DNA of 64,000 nt from Octopus vulgaris (lineage: Eukaryota): the NCBI GenBank assembly GCA_951406725.2, contig OX597822.1, positions 53,692,001-53,756,000 on the forward strand, read 5' to 3'. The notes beneath the pieces are model-generated. The model had not been told where the DNA came from and searched no databases. It saw only the letters and a program-made list of their open reading frames with translations. Below are positions 38,922 through 52,834 of this stretch, in pieces. Numbering within the stretch: position 1 is the first letter of the stretch; each line of letters starts with the position of its first letter. The translations under genes and the position numbers were made by a program.

Positions 38922-40310
38922 CAAAATAAAAACATGATGCCAAGGATTCAGCGGTACATATGTTTCGGGCCTTTATTAGACGGATTTATAACAATGCATA
39001 ATGTGTGTCTATGGCCTTCTTCAGCCGCGCACAACTACTACCTCAAGGACATGCATTACATCAGAAATTCTACGTTGGGGATGCAAATCCTCTCATTCGC
39101 GTACGACATAATGCGGCAACAGCATAAAAATGAAGCGTCCATCTCGTCCTTCTCTCAATGTAGAATGAGGAAGTTTGGATGTTGAGGTAACATAAATAAA
39201 TGAATAAATAAATATATACATATATAAATACAGACAGACGTGAAGGAACCTGGTAATAAGAGCAAATAGGGATAAAGATGGAGGGGCGAGAATTCAGGAC
39301 GAAGGATAAAAAAATATATAAAAAGTGTAAGTATAGAAAAATATAAAAATGTAGAGTATAAAGACGCGCATATGTACGTACATACATACACTCACATGCG
39401 TTCATATAGGCACACTCGCACTTACACGCATGTACAAGACGAAGTGAATGTCTATGCGTGTGGGCAGGAATATGTATACACCTGCACTCGCGTCCACCCC
39501 CACGCACATGGGGGAGTAGATCGCTATGCCTATACACATGCGTGTACGTATGTACATGATGACCACTTAATACGTTACGAAGAACTAGATAAACGGCTCA
39601 ACAACTCTAATTTACAATACACTAGGTCCCCAGACGCCCCGGTTGATTTATGACACCCAAGGCTTCTACAACCAGAATTTGTCATTTTCCTGACCACCAT
39701 GTTTGGTCCGTAACTACTATATATCCCTTATCCTTATATTCTTTTACATTCCTACACTCTTATACCCTTTATACTTCTGATAATTTTTTTATTTTTTTAT
39801 TTTTTATAACTTTATACCTTTATATTCATTTATATTTTTTTATATTTTTTTATATCTCTTTATATCTTTATACTCTACATTTTTATATTTTTCTATACTT
39901 ACACTTTTTATATGTTTTTTTATCCTTCGTCCTGAATTCTCGCCCCTCCATCTTTATCCCTATTTGCTCTTATTACCAGGTTCCTTCACGTCTGTCTGTA
40001 TTTATATATGTATATATTTATTTATTCATTTATTTATGTTACCTCAACATCCAAACTTCCTCATTCTACATTGAGAGAAGGACGAGATGGACGCTTCATT
40101 TTTATGCTGTTGCCGCATTATGTCGTACGCGAATGAGAGGATTTGCATCCCCAACGTAGAATTTCTGATGTAATACATATCCTTGAGGTAGTAGTTGTGC
40201 GCGGCTGAAGAAGGCCATAGACACACATTATGCATTGTTATAAATCCGTCTAATAAAGGCCCGAAACATATGTACCGCTGAATCCTTGGCATCATGTTTT
40301 TAATTTGATT
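38919..40310. repeat. ~445 bp near-perfect inverted repeat (38919-39364 / 39865-40310): PLE pseudo-LTR with inverted copy
   Basis: Near-identical mirrored translations in the ORF track. An HHR sits in each arm. Confidence 0.9.
40201..40278 (+). ncRNA. Type I hammerhead ribozyme (mirror copy on the minus strand at 38951-39028)
   Basis: GCGG-CTGAAGA-AGGCC...GGCCC-GAAA-CATATG-TA-CCGC. Stem I is GCGG/CCGC, stem III is the palindrome ACATATGT, and predicted cleavage is after A40274. Confidence 0.8.
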
Positions 40311-40380
40311 AATTTACTCCACCACCTACACCACCAAACGGTATATACAGGTGCTTACAATTATCAAGTACTCACCCTGA

Positions 40381-40444
<64 letters not shown>

Positions 40445-40641
40445 GAATGGCGGTGCCCCAGCATGCCCACAGCTCGTGAGCTGAAACTAGGTAAAATATT
40501 TAAAAAATATGTATGTATGTGTATGTATGTATGTATATGTATGTATGTATGTATGTGTGTATGTATATGTATGTGTGTACGTATATATGTATGTGTGTGT
40601 ATATATATGTATGTATGTGTGTGTATAGATATGTATGTATG

Positions 40642-40679
<38 letters not shown>

Positions 40680-40720
40680 TATCTATGTATGTGTGTGTAT
40701 ATATATATATATATATATAC

Positions 40721-41756
40721 ACCAGATGTATGAGTTTTTCCAGATTCTTTTGAAAATGGCCGGTTGCAAGTACCCGGCGATTCTTGAGGGACGCCCCCAC
40801 CCCCAAGTGTCACCTGTGCCTGGAACCAGGCCACATCAAAAAGAACTGTTCCCAGGACCAGAGTAGGGTCCTGGAACAGTTGGTTGTAGAAGAGACCCCC
40901 TCCTCCGGAGGAGTGAGAGATGGAGGTAGAGACCTCCCCGAAAAAGAGGGGGAAAAAAGGAAGAAGGTAGGCAACAATGGTTGCTCACCGAAGGACCCTA
41001 AAACTTCGAGACGGAGGGATGATCCTCCGGTTAAAGCAGAGGAACCACCCCCTCTCGTATCAAAGACAAGAAAAAAGAAGAAAAAGATTGGGACAGTGCC
41101 GGCGGTTAGCAGTACACTGCCGGCATGTCCCGAAACCTCGTCGGTGGGAATTGTGCCACCAACGGAGGAAGCTGTGGCCCCTCTCAGTATAATAAATGAG
41201 GAATTTGTGATCTTCTTTCTTCAACGGGGTCGTAGAGAAATTTATGAGGAATCTGGAAGATTGGGAACAGGCGGTCCTGACCTGCACTGAAAGCCCTGAT
41301 TGGCCTCAATGGTCATGGGGGAAAATTATTTCTACAGGGTGATAGATTCCTTTGCCAAGGTTGAATACAATTATCTCTTATGGGGCACCGTCTTGCGACT
41401 GCAGGCGGCAAGAGATTTAATTGGGGGAGGTAGAGTAAGAGATCTTAATACCTCGATTCGAACATGGAGATTGTTAAGAGGCTTAGCGCCTCAAGTTGGA
41501 TATACTTTGCTGGACTTTTTTTTTTATTGGTAAGAGGCTCAGTGCCTCAATTTGTAACTGTTGTTGTAAGCGGTTCAACATCTCATTTGTGTTTTTAAAA
41601 AAAGAACAATGTTCTCAGGAAGTAACAATCGACGGACGTTGGCTGCTTCCCCCACCAACCACCTCTTTTTTCATTCCATCATCATCATTTGTGTCTGTGT
41701 CCAACCCGCAAGCTTCCATCTCTATTATGCCTTTAAGACAAATGTAATGAAATAAA
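40721..41756 (+). mobile_element. L1/Tx1-like ORF1 (gag-like zinc knuckle) fragment with 3' UTR, no RT
   Basis: [14 protein letters not shown] (CX2CX4HX4C) followed by a basic low-complexity region. Ends in AATAAA at 41751-41756. Confidence 0.6.
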
Positions 41757-41925
41757 GAAGCTTGCTTCACAATCACATGGTTCTGGGTTCAGTCCCACGG
41801 CATGGCACCTTGGGCAAGTGTCTTCTACAATAACCTGGGGCCAATTAAAGACTTGTGAGTGAATTTAGTAGACGGAAACTGAAAGAAGCCCGTCGTATAT
41901 ATATATATATGTATATATATATATG

Positions 41926-41968
<43 letters not shown>

Positions 41969-43080
41969 AAAAAATGAAGTTCGAAAATGCTGCTATATTA
42001 TACAATTTTTTAATTTTTATATATACATTATAACATGTTTCAGTTCCTGAAATGAACCTTATCAAAAAAAGTTATATATAAAAAAAAGACAGCTCATGCC
42101 GTCAAACACAAGAAATTCATTTATAATGCACAACGGAGTCAGACATCTTAGAGTTCATGTATAGTTGATATATAGTTTGAAGTAAGTTCATTCATGCTAT
42201 ATGTTCAAAGTGTTCGATGCAGTGGCCCACGGTGGCGATACGTATTCAATACAAAAAACAGATCAAAGTGGTGGAAAGCAGTCAATACAGAAGATTGATG
42301 TTTCCGAAAGAGCGAGGAATTCATTTTTACCTTAAGCAATTGTGATGACCCATGGTGGGTGTTCGCTGGGTGGTTCTAGTGAGTCTTGTGAATTGCTCGG
42401 TTTTATAATGCCTGTTAGGTGGTCAGTCCAGCGTAGCGTGACGTCATCAACGTTTTGACCAATCGTTTCGTTAGGTGGCTTTAGTCAAGCAGAACGGGAC
42501 GTCATCATCATTTTGACCAATCGCTGTATTATAACTGCCTCTTGTCTGTTTCCTGTCTTGACCAGTCGCTTCGTTAGGTGTATATATATATATACACATA
42601 TATATATACACATATATTGTTATTTGTGTCTGTGTTTGCCCCACTACCACCACCACCAACGCTTGACAACCGATATTGATGTATTTACGTCCTCGCAACT
42701 TAGTGGTTCGGGACAAAGAAACCGATCGCAAGGCAAAATGCCGGGCAAAATGCCGGGCGAAATGCGTAGCCGTATTTCGTCTGCCGTTACGTTCTGAGTT
42801 CAAATTCCGCCGAGGTCGACTTTGCCTTTCATCCTTTCGGGGTCGATAAATTAAGTACCAGTTACGCACTAGGGTCGATATAATCGACTTAATCCGTTTG
42901 TCTGTCTTTGTTTGTCCCCTCTGTATGTAGCCCCTTGTGGGTAGTAAAGAAATAAGAAACCGATCGAATAAGTACTATGCTTACAAAGAATAAGTCCTGA
43001 GTCGATTTGTTCGACTTAATGTGGTGTTCCAGCATGGCCGCAGTCAAATGATTGAAACAACTAAAAGAATAAAAGAATAA
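41757..43080 (+). mobile_element. Family-A SINE split by a PLE pseudo-LTR (41960-42580) and a family-B SINE (42729-42953)
   Basis: Head at 41757-41897 and tail at 42617-43080. The family-B copy is flanked by the 13-bp TSD AAGAAACCGATCG (42716-42728, 42954-42966). Confidence 0.75.
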
Positions 43081-43171
43081 TCAATGCACATACGCTATGT
43101 CTGTGTGATCGATAACATCTACAGCACTAGAGGTGCTTCTAATTCGTAATTTAATGTGTGTGTGTGTTTGT

Positions 43172-43203
<32 letters not shown>

Positions 43204-43824
43204 TCATTTTTATGTACTCATTCATTTATTCAACAGCTGGAAGAACACTTCCGTTTACTTCTCTTCCTCCCTGCACCATCGATTTGATGCTGACTATTTT
43301 GAGGTCTTCTCTGTATTCGCAAAGCCTGCAGACTGGAGATGGTGCTTTTTTTAGCTACTCCATCAATATTTGACTCGGAACACTGAAGGACGAAACAAAT
43401 ACCACATGGTATCTGGTTCCACCCTCTTATTGTTCCACTGCCTTAGATTGGCATTTTTATCGAATCCGAAAGGCTGAAAAGCAAACATGACATTTAGGTA
43501 TTTCTTTTTCTTCACAACCACTTTTTCGTCTGCCTCACACCTCTTTTATTTTTCCTTTATACGTTTCCGTTGGTAAAAAAAGCGTTAAACTATTACAATA
43601 TCTGTTAAAACTTATCTCTCCTATGTTTATTTTCCTTTCTGTTTTTGTTCATTGCTTTCATTACACACATTCACATACGCACACACGTATGTGTGCGTGT
43701 GTAAGTGTATTTTTCTGAAGTTAGGCATACATATATATTCAAACATACATATATACATATACACACGTGTGTGCTGGATATGACAGGAGTGAGAAAGAAA
43801 AAAATTCTAATCGATTATTTCATT

Positions 43825-43867
<43 letters not shown>

Positions 43868-44654
43868 TATCAGCTAGGTTTAATATATTTGCATATTTTC
43901 GCTTTGCAGTTACTATCATCATCATTATTATTACTACTTGCATATAATTTTTTTTTTATTTTTAAGTCAAACATTCTAGTTCCAATGCTAACAACAGAAG
44001 CTGTTTGGAGATATTTTATTAATGCCCACGCATACGTATTCGTATAATTACAATGTAAATGAAATAGCACATATAACTTTGTAAAAGTATTTATGTACAT
44101 TCCTGTCTGATTCACATACAGAACTGTTAAATCATATGTAAAATTAAATTTAAAAAAAAATTCCAATAAAAATAACCACGCTGAAACGTTTCATTATTCA
44201 AATATATGTAAATGCCATTCTATTTAATAGTATATAATAAAACGTTTATATCAATACAGCATAAAGAGGCTATAATTACATACCTGTTTAGTTATTATAG
44301 TATCTGTTTTATGCAGAATTGTTCTCACTGCTAGAAATTTTTACCAAGCGCATATAAAAAGCATTTTTTTTCCTTGTGCAATTTCTTTATCTACAGATAT
44401 ATTCGTGTGAATTGTGTATTTTCATAAATAGCCATCTAAGTAAATGTTATCTTTATATTCTGTTATCTAGATTTAACTGTATACAGTTCTTTTATGTACT
44501 GTTACAGCTATAAAATATCGTATTTTTCTAGAGGCGTGACTTAGTTTCAGAATATAACCTATACTCGGGTATGAGCATTGTCACAAGATGCTCGTATATA
44601 TATGCTTATAGTATATATATATATATATGCATATGTATGTGTGTATACACACAC

Positions 44655-44685
<31 letters not shown>

Positions 44686-45144
44686 TGTATGTATGTATGT
44701 ATTAGTTGATTTACCACACGTGATAAATTACAGGACTCAATATAAATGTAAAGTATTCTTTAATACATTATAACTGAAAGGCTCCAATTTCCAGCATTCA
44801 GACTACACACATGCAAAATGAACACGCACGTATACCCTCAGTGGTTTTAAAGACATTAATTTAAAATGTTACATGAAAGTATTACTTTAAAACATTACTC
44901 AGACAATATAACTTTGTTCGTGTGGAATTTAAGATGTTTATAATATTACTACGATAACCAGAATCGAAATTTAAAAAAAAAAAAACGTGAGTTTGAAGCA
45001 ACTGCTTTTGCACGTGTCGTTCACAAAGGTTTTTAAACGACAGAACATAAATATAGAACTGTAGAACATAAGGATAAGCGTCTTCTTTAAACTAGTCGCA
45101 GCAGCTGATGATCGGGAACGAGTAACTCCGAGTACTGGAAATTG

Positions 45145-46330
45145 GAGCCTTTCAGTTATAATATGTGTTTGCCAACCTAGTCATAGGATATCTAGAAATT
45201 AGTCGTAAGGTACTAGAGAAAAATACGGCAACCCATTCTCCCTCTACATAGAAAATAACTAGAAGAGATACTTGGATGACTGTTTCATTCTTTGCCATGA
45301 AAGTATAGAGAAACTTAAAGAATTTGAAGCACTTATAAATGGACTTGATGTAAACATTCAATTCACGATGGAATCTAGCCATCAACAACTTCCCTTCCTC
45401 AACATCCTCATTAAGAAATCTAACAACGTAAGAGAAACAAATATAAACCCTCGGACTCCAAGCAATATCTACTGTTCAACTCATGCCACCCCAAACACAC
45501 TAGAATGAATATCCCCTTCAACCTAGCAAAAAGGATTTGTACTATAGTTTCTAATGCAAGCACCAGGGACACACGACTACATGAACTAAAGGATACACTC
45601 ATCACCAGGAACTATCCACCATCACTAATTGACATATGCTTTCAACGTGCCCTACAACTCAACATCCACGAACTCAGACATCCCAAATTAAAGAAGGATT
45701 TACAACCAAAAGCCCAACGATAAATCTCCACACGCAACCCTCTTAACAATGAAGCCTTCGACACTATCCTTCAGAACATTCCCCTGCTAAAAAAGGACTA
45801 CAGAATGAACTTAATCCTCCAAACATACACCATCATAAAAAGCAAGAGACAGCCCAAATCTATGAAAAGTCTCCTAACACAAGCCCGAATACGCTCAACA
45901 AAAAAATGTGGAAGACACAACTGTGGGATATGCGTCAATTAAATTGAGGGATCAGAGTTCTCCTTCAAACAGGGACTACGTTTCATAGTGAAAAACAGCT
46001 TTACATGTGCTTCGGAGAACCTGATATATGCACTAATCTGCTCTGGGTGTCAAGAGCAATACATAAAACAAAAACTAATCTACGTCAAAGGATGGCTCTT
46101 CTCAGACCCCAGATCAAAATTCTGAAAAACAGAAAAATGGCATTCAGCCAACACATCGACATTTGCGCCAGTAACAAAAATCGCAGCTTCAGAATTTTTT
46201 CTCTCTATCATTTCAGAGACGATACAACCCGTGACCAACGAATTAGTAAAGAGTCGTTCTTTATTACAAAATACAGACCCCTTTTGAATGCATCTACAAC
46301 AAATGACATATCCAACACGACCTTAGAATA
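45145..46330 (+). pseudogene. Penelope-like element (Neptune-like) RT plus GIY-YIG pseudogene
   Basis: RYLDDCF, IQFTME, LPFLNILI, QYLLFNSCHPKHTRMNIPFNLAKRIC, RNYP, KCGRHNCGIC, FTCASENLIYALICSGC, LRQRM, KESFFITKY. Confidence 0.88.
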
Positions 46331-46422
46331 ACACACACGCAAATATTAAAAACGATACATTCTTCGTCTTCTTCTTCTCCGCCACCTCCTTCCTTACTTT
46401 ATTACTACTGAAGCTGCTTAGA

Positions 46423-46907
46423 ATAGTTATGGATTCTTGTCTATGATTGTTTAAGCAGCAGTAGTAGTAAAGGAAGTGGGTGGCCGAGAATAATAATAAG
46501 AAGAATTATAAAAGAATGCTGGAGTGGTATGATAGTAGTAGGATGTTAAATGGTCAAGTGCCCTGAAAGTGACCTGTTGTGGATGATAGTAGTGATTGGG
46601 ACTGTTTTTAATTAATTCTTGAGGTATCTCTTTTGAATGTATCATTTTTAATAATTTAATATATCCACCTAAATATTAAAAATGATACATTCAAAAGAGA
46701 TACCTCAAGAATTAATTAAAAACAGTCCCAATCACTACTACCATCCACAACAGGTCACTTTCAGGGCACTTGACCATTTAACATCCTACTACTATCATAC
46801 CACTCCAGCATTCTTTTATAATTCTTATTATTATTATTATTCTCGGCCACCCACTTCCTTTACTACTACTGCTGCTTAAACAATCATAGACAAGAATCCA
46901 TAACTAT
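46423..46907. repeat. ~230 bp-arm near-perfect hairpin (46423-46652 / 46674-46907)
   Basis: ORFs 46451-46645(-) and 46682-46879(+) are near-identical. The spacer is 21 nt. Confidence 0.9.
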
Positions 46908-47413
46908 CTCGAACACACAAGAGTAAAAGAAAGGAGAGATAGAGACAGACAGAAGCAAGGAAAATGTCCCTTGTATTTGAATACTATGAAAATATATTTT
47001 TTAACTTTTCGTTTAATTTTTCCACAATTTAATTGTGTTCCATACTTAGAACTGTATGTATGTTCTTACGATTTTTGCCTGCTCGCCGCCTCACAGCACG
47101 TGAATAATTACTGCATGTGCCACGGTAAGACGGAAAACCGGACTCAGCTATTGCAGGTCACGGAACTATCAGGAGAATTGAGTTGAATGAAGACCTGTAA
47201 AGATTATACAAAAAGCTATGGAAGATCTCTTTGTTTGTTACATGAAGAGGATGAAAAGCAGTCGGGATGAAAAATATCCTAGCTGTTCACATCTCAGTGA
47301 GAAACAATTGAGCCAGCAAGCCACATTCATTTAGAGAAATATGTTGCTCTTCCTAACAAAATCAATCACCAAAAATGCACATCAAATAAAAGAACTAATA
47401 TTGATTTCTTTAT

Positions 47414-47814
47414 AAGGTGGCGAGCTGGCAAAAACGTTAGCACGCGTGGCGAAATGCTTAGCGGTATTTTGTTTGTCTTTATGTTCTGAGTTCAAATTCC
47501 GCCGAGATTGACTTTGCCTTTCATCCTTTCGGGATCGATAAATTAAGTACCAGCTGCGTACTGGGATTGATCTAATAGACTAGGCCTCCTCCCCAAAATC
47601 TTTGGGCTTTGTGCCTAGAGTAGAAAAGAATATTGATTTCAAATTTTGGCACAAGTCCAACAATTTCTGAACAGGAATAAGTCGATTACTTATTTTATCA
47701 ACCCAGAAAGGTAAAGTCGACCCCGGGGGAATTTGAAGTCAGATCGTAAAAACGGACGAAATGCCATTAAGCATTTTGCCTGGCCTGATAACAATTCTAT
47801 CAGCTCGCCGCCTT
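47414..47814. mobile_element. Tail-to-tail pair of family-B SINEs
   Basis: Plus copy at 47414-47632 and minus copy at 47632-47814. Confidence 0.75.
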
Positions 47815-48147
47815 AAATACAAAAAATTTATATTTCAATAAATTATTCGTCGATAAAATTACGAAAAACTTAAAACAACATTAATAATACTGAGAATAGA
47901 ATGCTGCTATTATTACGGCAGGTCTTTAAGCAGAACTCCACCATTTACATCGAACAACCACTGCATGAAAGAACCATTATGACACAAAACGATAGGAAAC
48001 ACACTGGTCAGATGTTATCCACGATCGGTCATGTCGCTAGAGAACACCTTGCATAAATAGAAGGTCCCAGCTTTTGGACATTGGATGTCCTGCTGTACCT
48101 GCAGTTACTTTTTCCCAACAGATATACAGCGAAATAAGAACATACGC

Positions 48148-48460
48148 TCAAAATGGATTGCTTCTCTCCCGAGCACAACAAAAAATATCTATTGCTGCCA
48201 GTTTCCTTATTATTAGGTGCGTTTTCATATCGTCTTCCCAATCTTTGCGCTCTTTATTGAAGTTCTGTTCGTATCTTTTAAAGTACGCCTCGAAGGTAAC
48301 TCCTTCGTCTGGTTCATACTTAAATTTTGTTATCGAGTTCGCAATATAATCTGGCCGGAACATCTTTTCGGCATTTTCTGACGATTTACTATTCATTAAT
48401 TACAGAATTTATTGCTTAATAGTGATTGTTATTGTTGTTGCTTCTGCTGTTGTCTTCTTC
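48148..48460 (-). pseudogene. Gypsy (Mag-like) gag N-terminal fragment
   Basis: IANSITKFKYEPDEGVTFEAYFKRYE...W.D..K..LIIRKL, preceded by Gln-rich codons. Confidence 0.65.
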
Positions 48461-48613
48461 TTCTTCTTCTTCTTCTTCTTCTTCTTCTTCTTCTTCTTCT
48501 TCTTCTTCTTCTTCTTCTTCTTCTTCTTCTTCTTCTTCTTCTTCTTCTTCTTCTTCTTCTTCTTCTTCTTCTTCTTCTTCTTCTTCTTCTTCTTCTTCTT
48601 CTGCTTCTTCTTC
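48454..48613. repeat. (CTT)n microsatellite
   Basis: About 50 near-perfect units. Confidence 0.95.
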
Positions 48614-48894
48614 TTTTTCTTCTAATCAGGACTCACGCAATTAGCAACAAAGAATAATCTCTAATTCGAGCCAACTCTAAGTTACAAAGAATGCGTGTGG
48701 CAACTTGAAGATCCACCCACTACACGCGATAGACTGGCAGTTGCACGGGCGCTAAAGCTACGTTGTTATCCTCATTCTGTAAACGGTGGCTTTTAACGGG
48801 TGGAGAGTTAAATCATCCTGGGGTACTGAGGATTCACAATCTAGACTAGGGTCTGAAGGTTTACCACACCATAGTGATTACACCATGGTTCCTC

Positions 48895-49102
48895 TGCTTT
48901 GTGGCAGAAGTAGGAAAAAAAAGTGAGAGACGGTTGTGGTGAAAGAGCACAGCGGGCTTCACACACACACACACACACACAGCCTCGTGGAGCTTAGGTG
49001 TTTTTGCTCAATAAACACTCACAGCGTCCGGTCTGGGAATCGAAACCGCGTTCTTACAACCGTGAGTCCGCTGCCCTAACCACTGGGCCATTGCGCCTCC
49101 AC
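48895..49102 (-). mobile_element. Family-D tRNA-derived SINE; further copies at 54990-55262, 55435-55634 and 59725-60061 (all -)
   Basis: Head GGAGGCGCAATGGCCCAGTGGTTAGGGCAGCGGACTC...GGTTTCGATTCCC, shared among the copies. Confidence 0.8.
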
Positions 49103-49389
49103 TTCTGCTATTGTTCTTACAGTTGTAGCTGCTGTTGTTGTTGCTCTTTCAGTTGTTGTTTTTGCTGTTTTTGCAGCTCGAGCAAACCGGCCAACAATTT
49201 TTCCATATTACGATTTGGTATACCGCAAAATTCGCACAAATTTTTTTGTGAGTTTCGTAACTCTTTGTGGATTTGTTAATTAATCGTGATTTTGTTAATT
49301 CCTCGATGCCACTATTTTAATCCTTTGTTGGACTGTTATCAAGCCCATTCCGGTATAGCAGTATAGTTAGTTGGATAAGCTAGACCACG

Positions 49390-50240
49390 ACTATCTATGA
49401 CCGTCTACTTCGTACTTTCTCCTTATACTGGCAGTATTTATAATGATTATCACATACCACTCATCACGTGGGAGGGGTGTACCATTACTACTATTATACC
49501 CATAAGAGAAACACAAAATGTATATCACCAAACTATTTTCATCGATGATCTGAGGATAAGTTTGGCATGGAAAATATTCAAATGTTGTCCAGACGACAAA
49601 TATGGACATCAACGACCACTCTCCTCTGTGGAGGCACGTGACTTAGTGGTTAGCGTATTGGATTCATGATCGTAAGATTGTGGTTTCAATTCCTAGACCG
49701 GGCGTCGGTTTGTGTTCTTGAGCTTTATTTCACGTTGCTCCAGTCCACTCAGCTGGCAAAAATGAGTAACGCTACGATGGACTAGCGTCCCGTCCAGGTG
49801 GGGAATTTATACGCCATAGAACCGGAAAACCGATCCTTGTGAGTCGGCATGACTCCAAAAGGTAACTTTACTTATTTTACTTACTCTATTTCTTCTACTT
49901 GTAATGATGAATACGTACAAGTATTTCGGAATTAATAAACATTATGAATATGATGGCTTTGTGTGTGAAGCACAGGATTTCACAAGGAGTAAATCAGAGC
50001 CATACGCATTCAGTAAGACCATATCTTTCCCACTGCCGATGCTGGTGCCAACATTTGGGATTCTAAAAGATATTCACAACTTGGACATCAGGACTAGAAA
50101 AATACTAACAACTACTGGTAACATACATGCACAACTAACCTATTAATGTTGTTGAAATTCCAATGAAGGAGCACTGGGTCTAGGTTAGAAACCAGATCGT
50201 TTTCCATTGACAAGAAATTTAGAAATAAAACTAAAGAATA
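49390..50240 (+). pseudogene. Degraded R4/Dong-like RT fragment interrupted by a family-C SINE
   Basis: FIDDLR, YKYFGI and LDIRTRKILT motifs. Confidence 0.55.
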
Positions 50241-51611
50241 ACATACACACATGCATACATACATACATGTACGCACACACATACACACACACATACATAC
50301 GTACACACACACACACACACACACATACTCACAGACAGACAGACAAACAAGAGATAGTGAAGCACTTTAATTTCCAAGACGCGACTGAAAATATCGATTT
50401 TGTAATATTTTTGAGAAAAATATTACACATGTGACCAACAACTAACCTAAAATCTGAAGTTACTACCTTCCAATGAAGTATAATGTTTTTGTTGCTCATA
50501 TCAGTCGTAGGAAAGACTGGTCTATAACAAACATAAAAATGTTTCTTCTGTTGAAAACATATATTTCAATAAAAGCAATATTAGAGAAATATTCACATGC
50601 TAACTTCGTCATATGCACCATAAGAAGTTTGAAATGGTTGTTTTGGACAGGAAAATAACGATTTCTAGTTTTGGCACAAAGCCAGTATTTAACTGGTACT
50701 AACATTATCGACTCCGAAAGGAGGAAAGGAAAAGTCGACCAGGGCAAAATTTGAACTCACAACTTGAAGACGGACGAAATGCCGCTCAGCAATCCGCCCA
50801 GGGTGGTAACGATTCTGCCAGCTCGCCGCCTTTTTATTATTTATTTTTTTCAGTATTTTCATTTTTTTTTTTTTTTTTGGACAGAAAATAATTACAGTTG
50901 TAAAGGCTGGCTACTCAAGCGAAACGAACATATTTTTGGCATTTATTCAAAAATAACTGACAAGAATATCTATGGCTAACTATTTTGAAAGCTTCAGTTT
51001 GTGTACCAGATTTACTTTTATATCAATAATAATAATAGTTACACTTTTTTTTTTTTTTTTTTTTGCTATTGCATTTCCTAGAAGTCGACTCGAAAAGCTG
51101 GGCTTTTCAGGTAAAGAATATGTTCACCTACAATTTCACTCTGAAAATTTATTATATAAGTCAAACAATGAATATACCTTCTTACTTTTTTCACTTGTTC
51201 GGTCATTGAACCGTAGGCCATGCTCGAGCACTGCCTTCATAGACTTTAGGCAAACAGATCGACCCCAGTGCCCATTTTTGAAGTCTGGTACTCACTCTAT
51301 CGCTCTCCTCCGCCAGACCATCGAGCCACAGGAGCGTAAACAAACCAACTCCTGTTGCCATAACACAAATTCACTCATTCACTCATAGATACATACATAC
51401 ATACACAAACACACACAGGATTAAATGAAAAGACAACAAACGGAAAATATGACATACCTGTGTGCGTGTGTGTGAGCGAGATTCCTGGACTGGGCTGCGT
51501 ATTATGTTCTTGAGCAGATCATAATACGCAGCCCGGTCCGGGAATCGAACACGCAGCCTCACAATCGTAAGCTCGGTGCTCTAACCACTGAGCCATGCAC
51601 CTCCACATACG

Positions 51612-51738
<127 letters not shown>

Positions 51739-52070
51739 ATAGATAAGTATATGCATTCCCCCCACCAACATCACTTGACAACCGATGGTGGTGTGTTTAC
51801 GTCTCCATAACTTAGCAGTTCGGCAAAAGAGTCCGATAGAATAAGTACTAGAGCTAATTTCATTGGTATGTGGTCACTTTCTACATTCCAAAACAGTCAT
51901 CCGCACATACTACAAGCAACAGCGTAAACGTGATAAGGGAAATAACTCACGTTTCATTATTAAGAGTATCGTTTCTTTAGAAAAATGAAGCCATTATAGA
52001 GAACTTCAGAGTTGCGTAGATATTTGACTATCTTCTACGCTACTATGAAACTAAAGCACATAAATCTATG

Positions 52071-52834
<764 letters not shown>

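Noticed and set aside
45088-45142. CTGATGA with nearby AAACTAGTC and GAAA
   Set aside because: Order and pairing do not give a valid hammerhead permutation.
48412-48657. Poly-Leu/Phe/Ser ORFs
   Set aside because: (CTT)n repeat.
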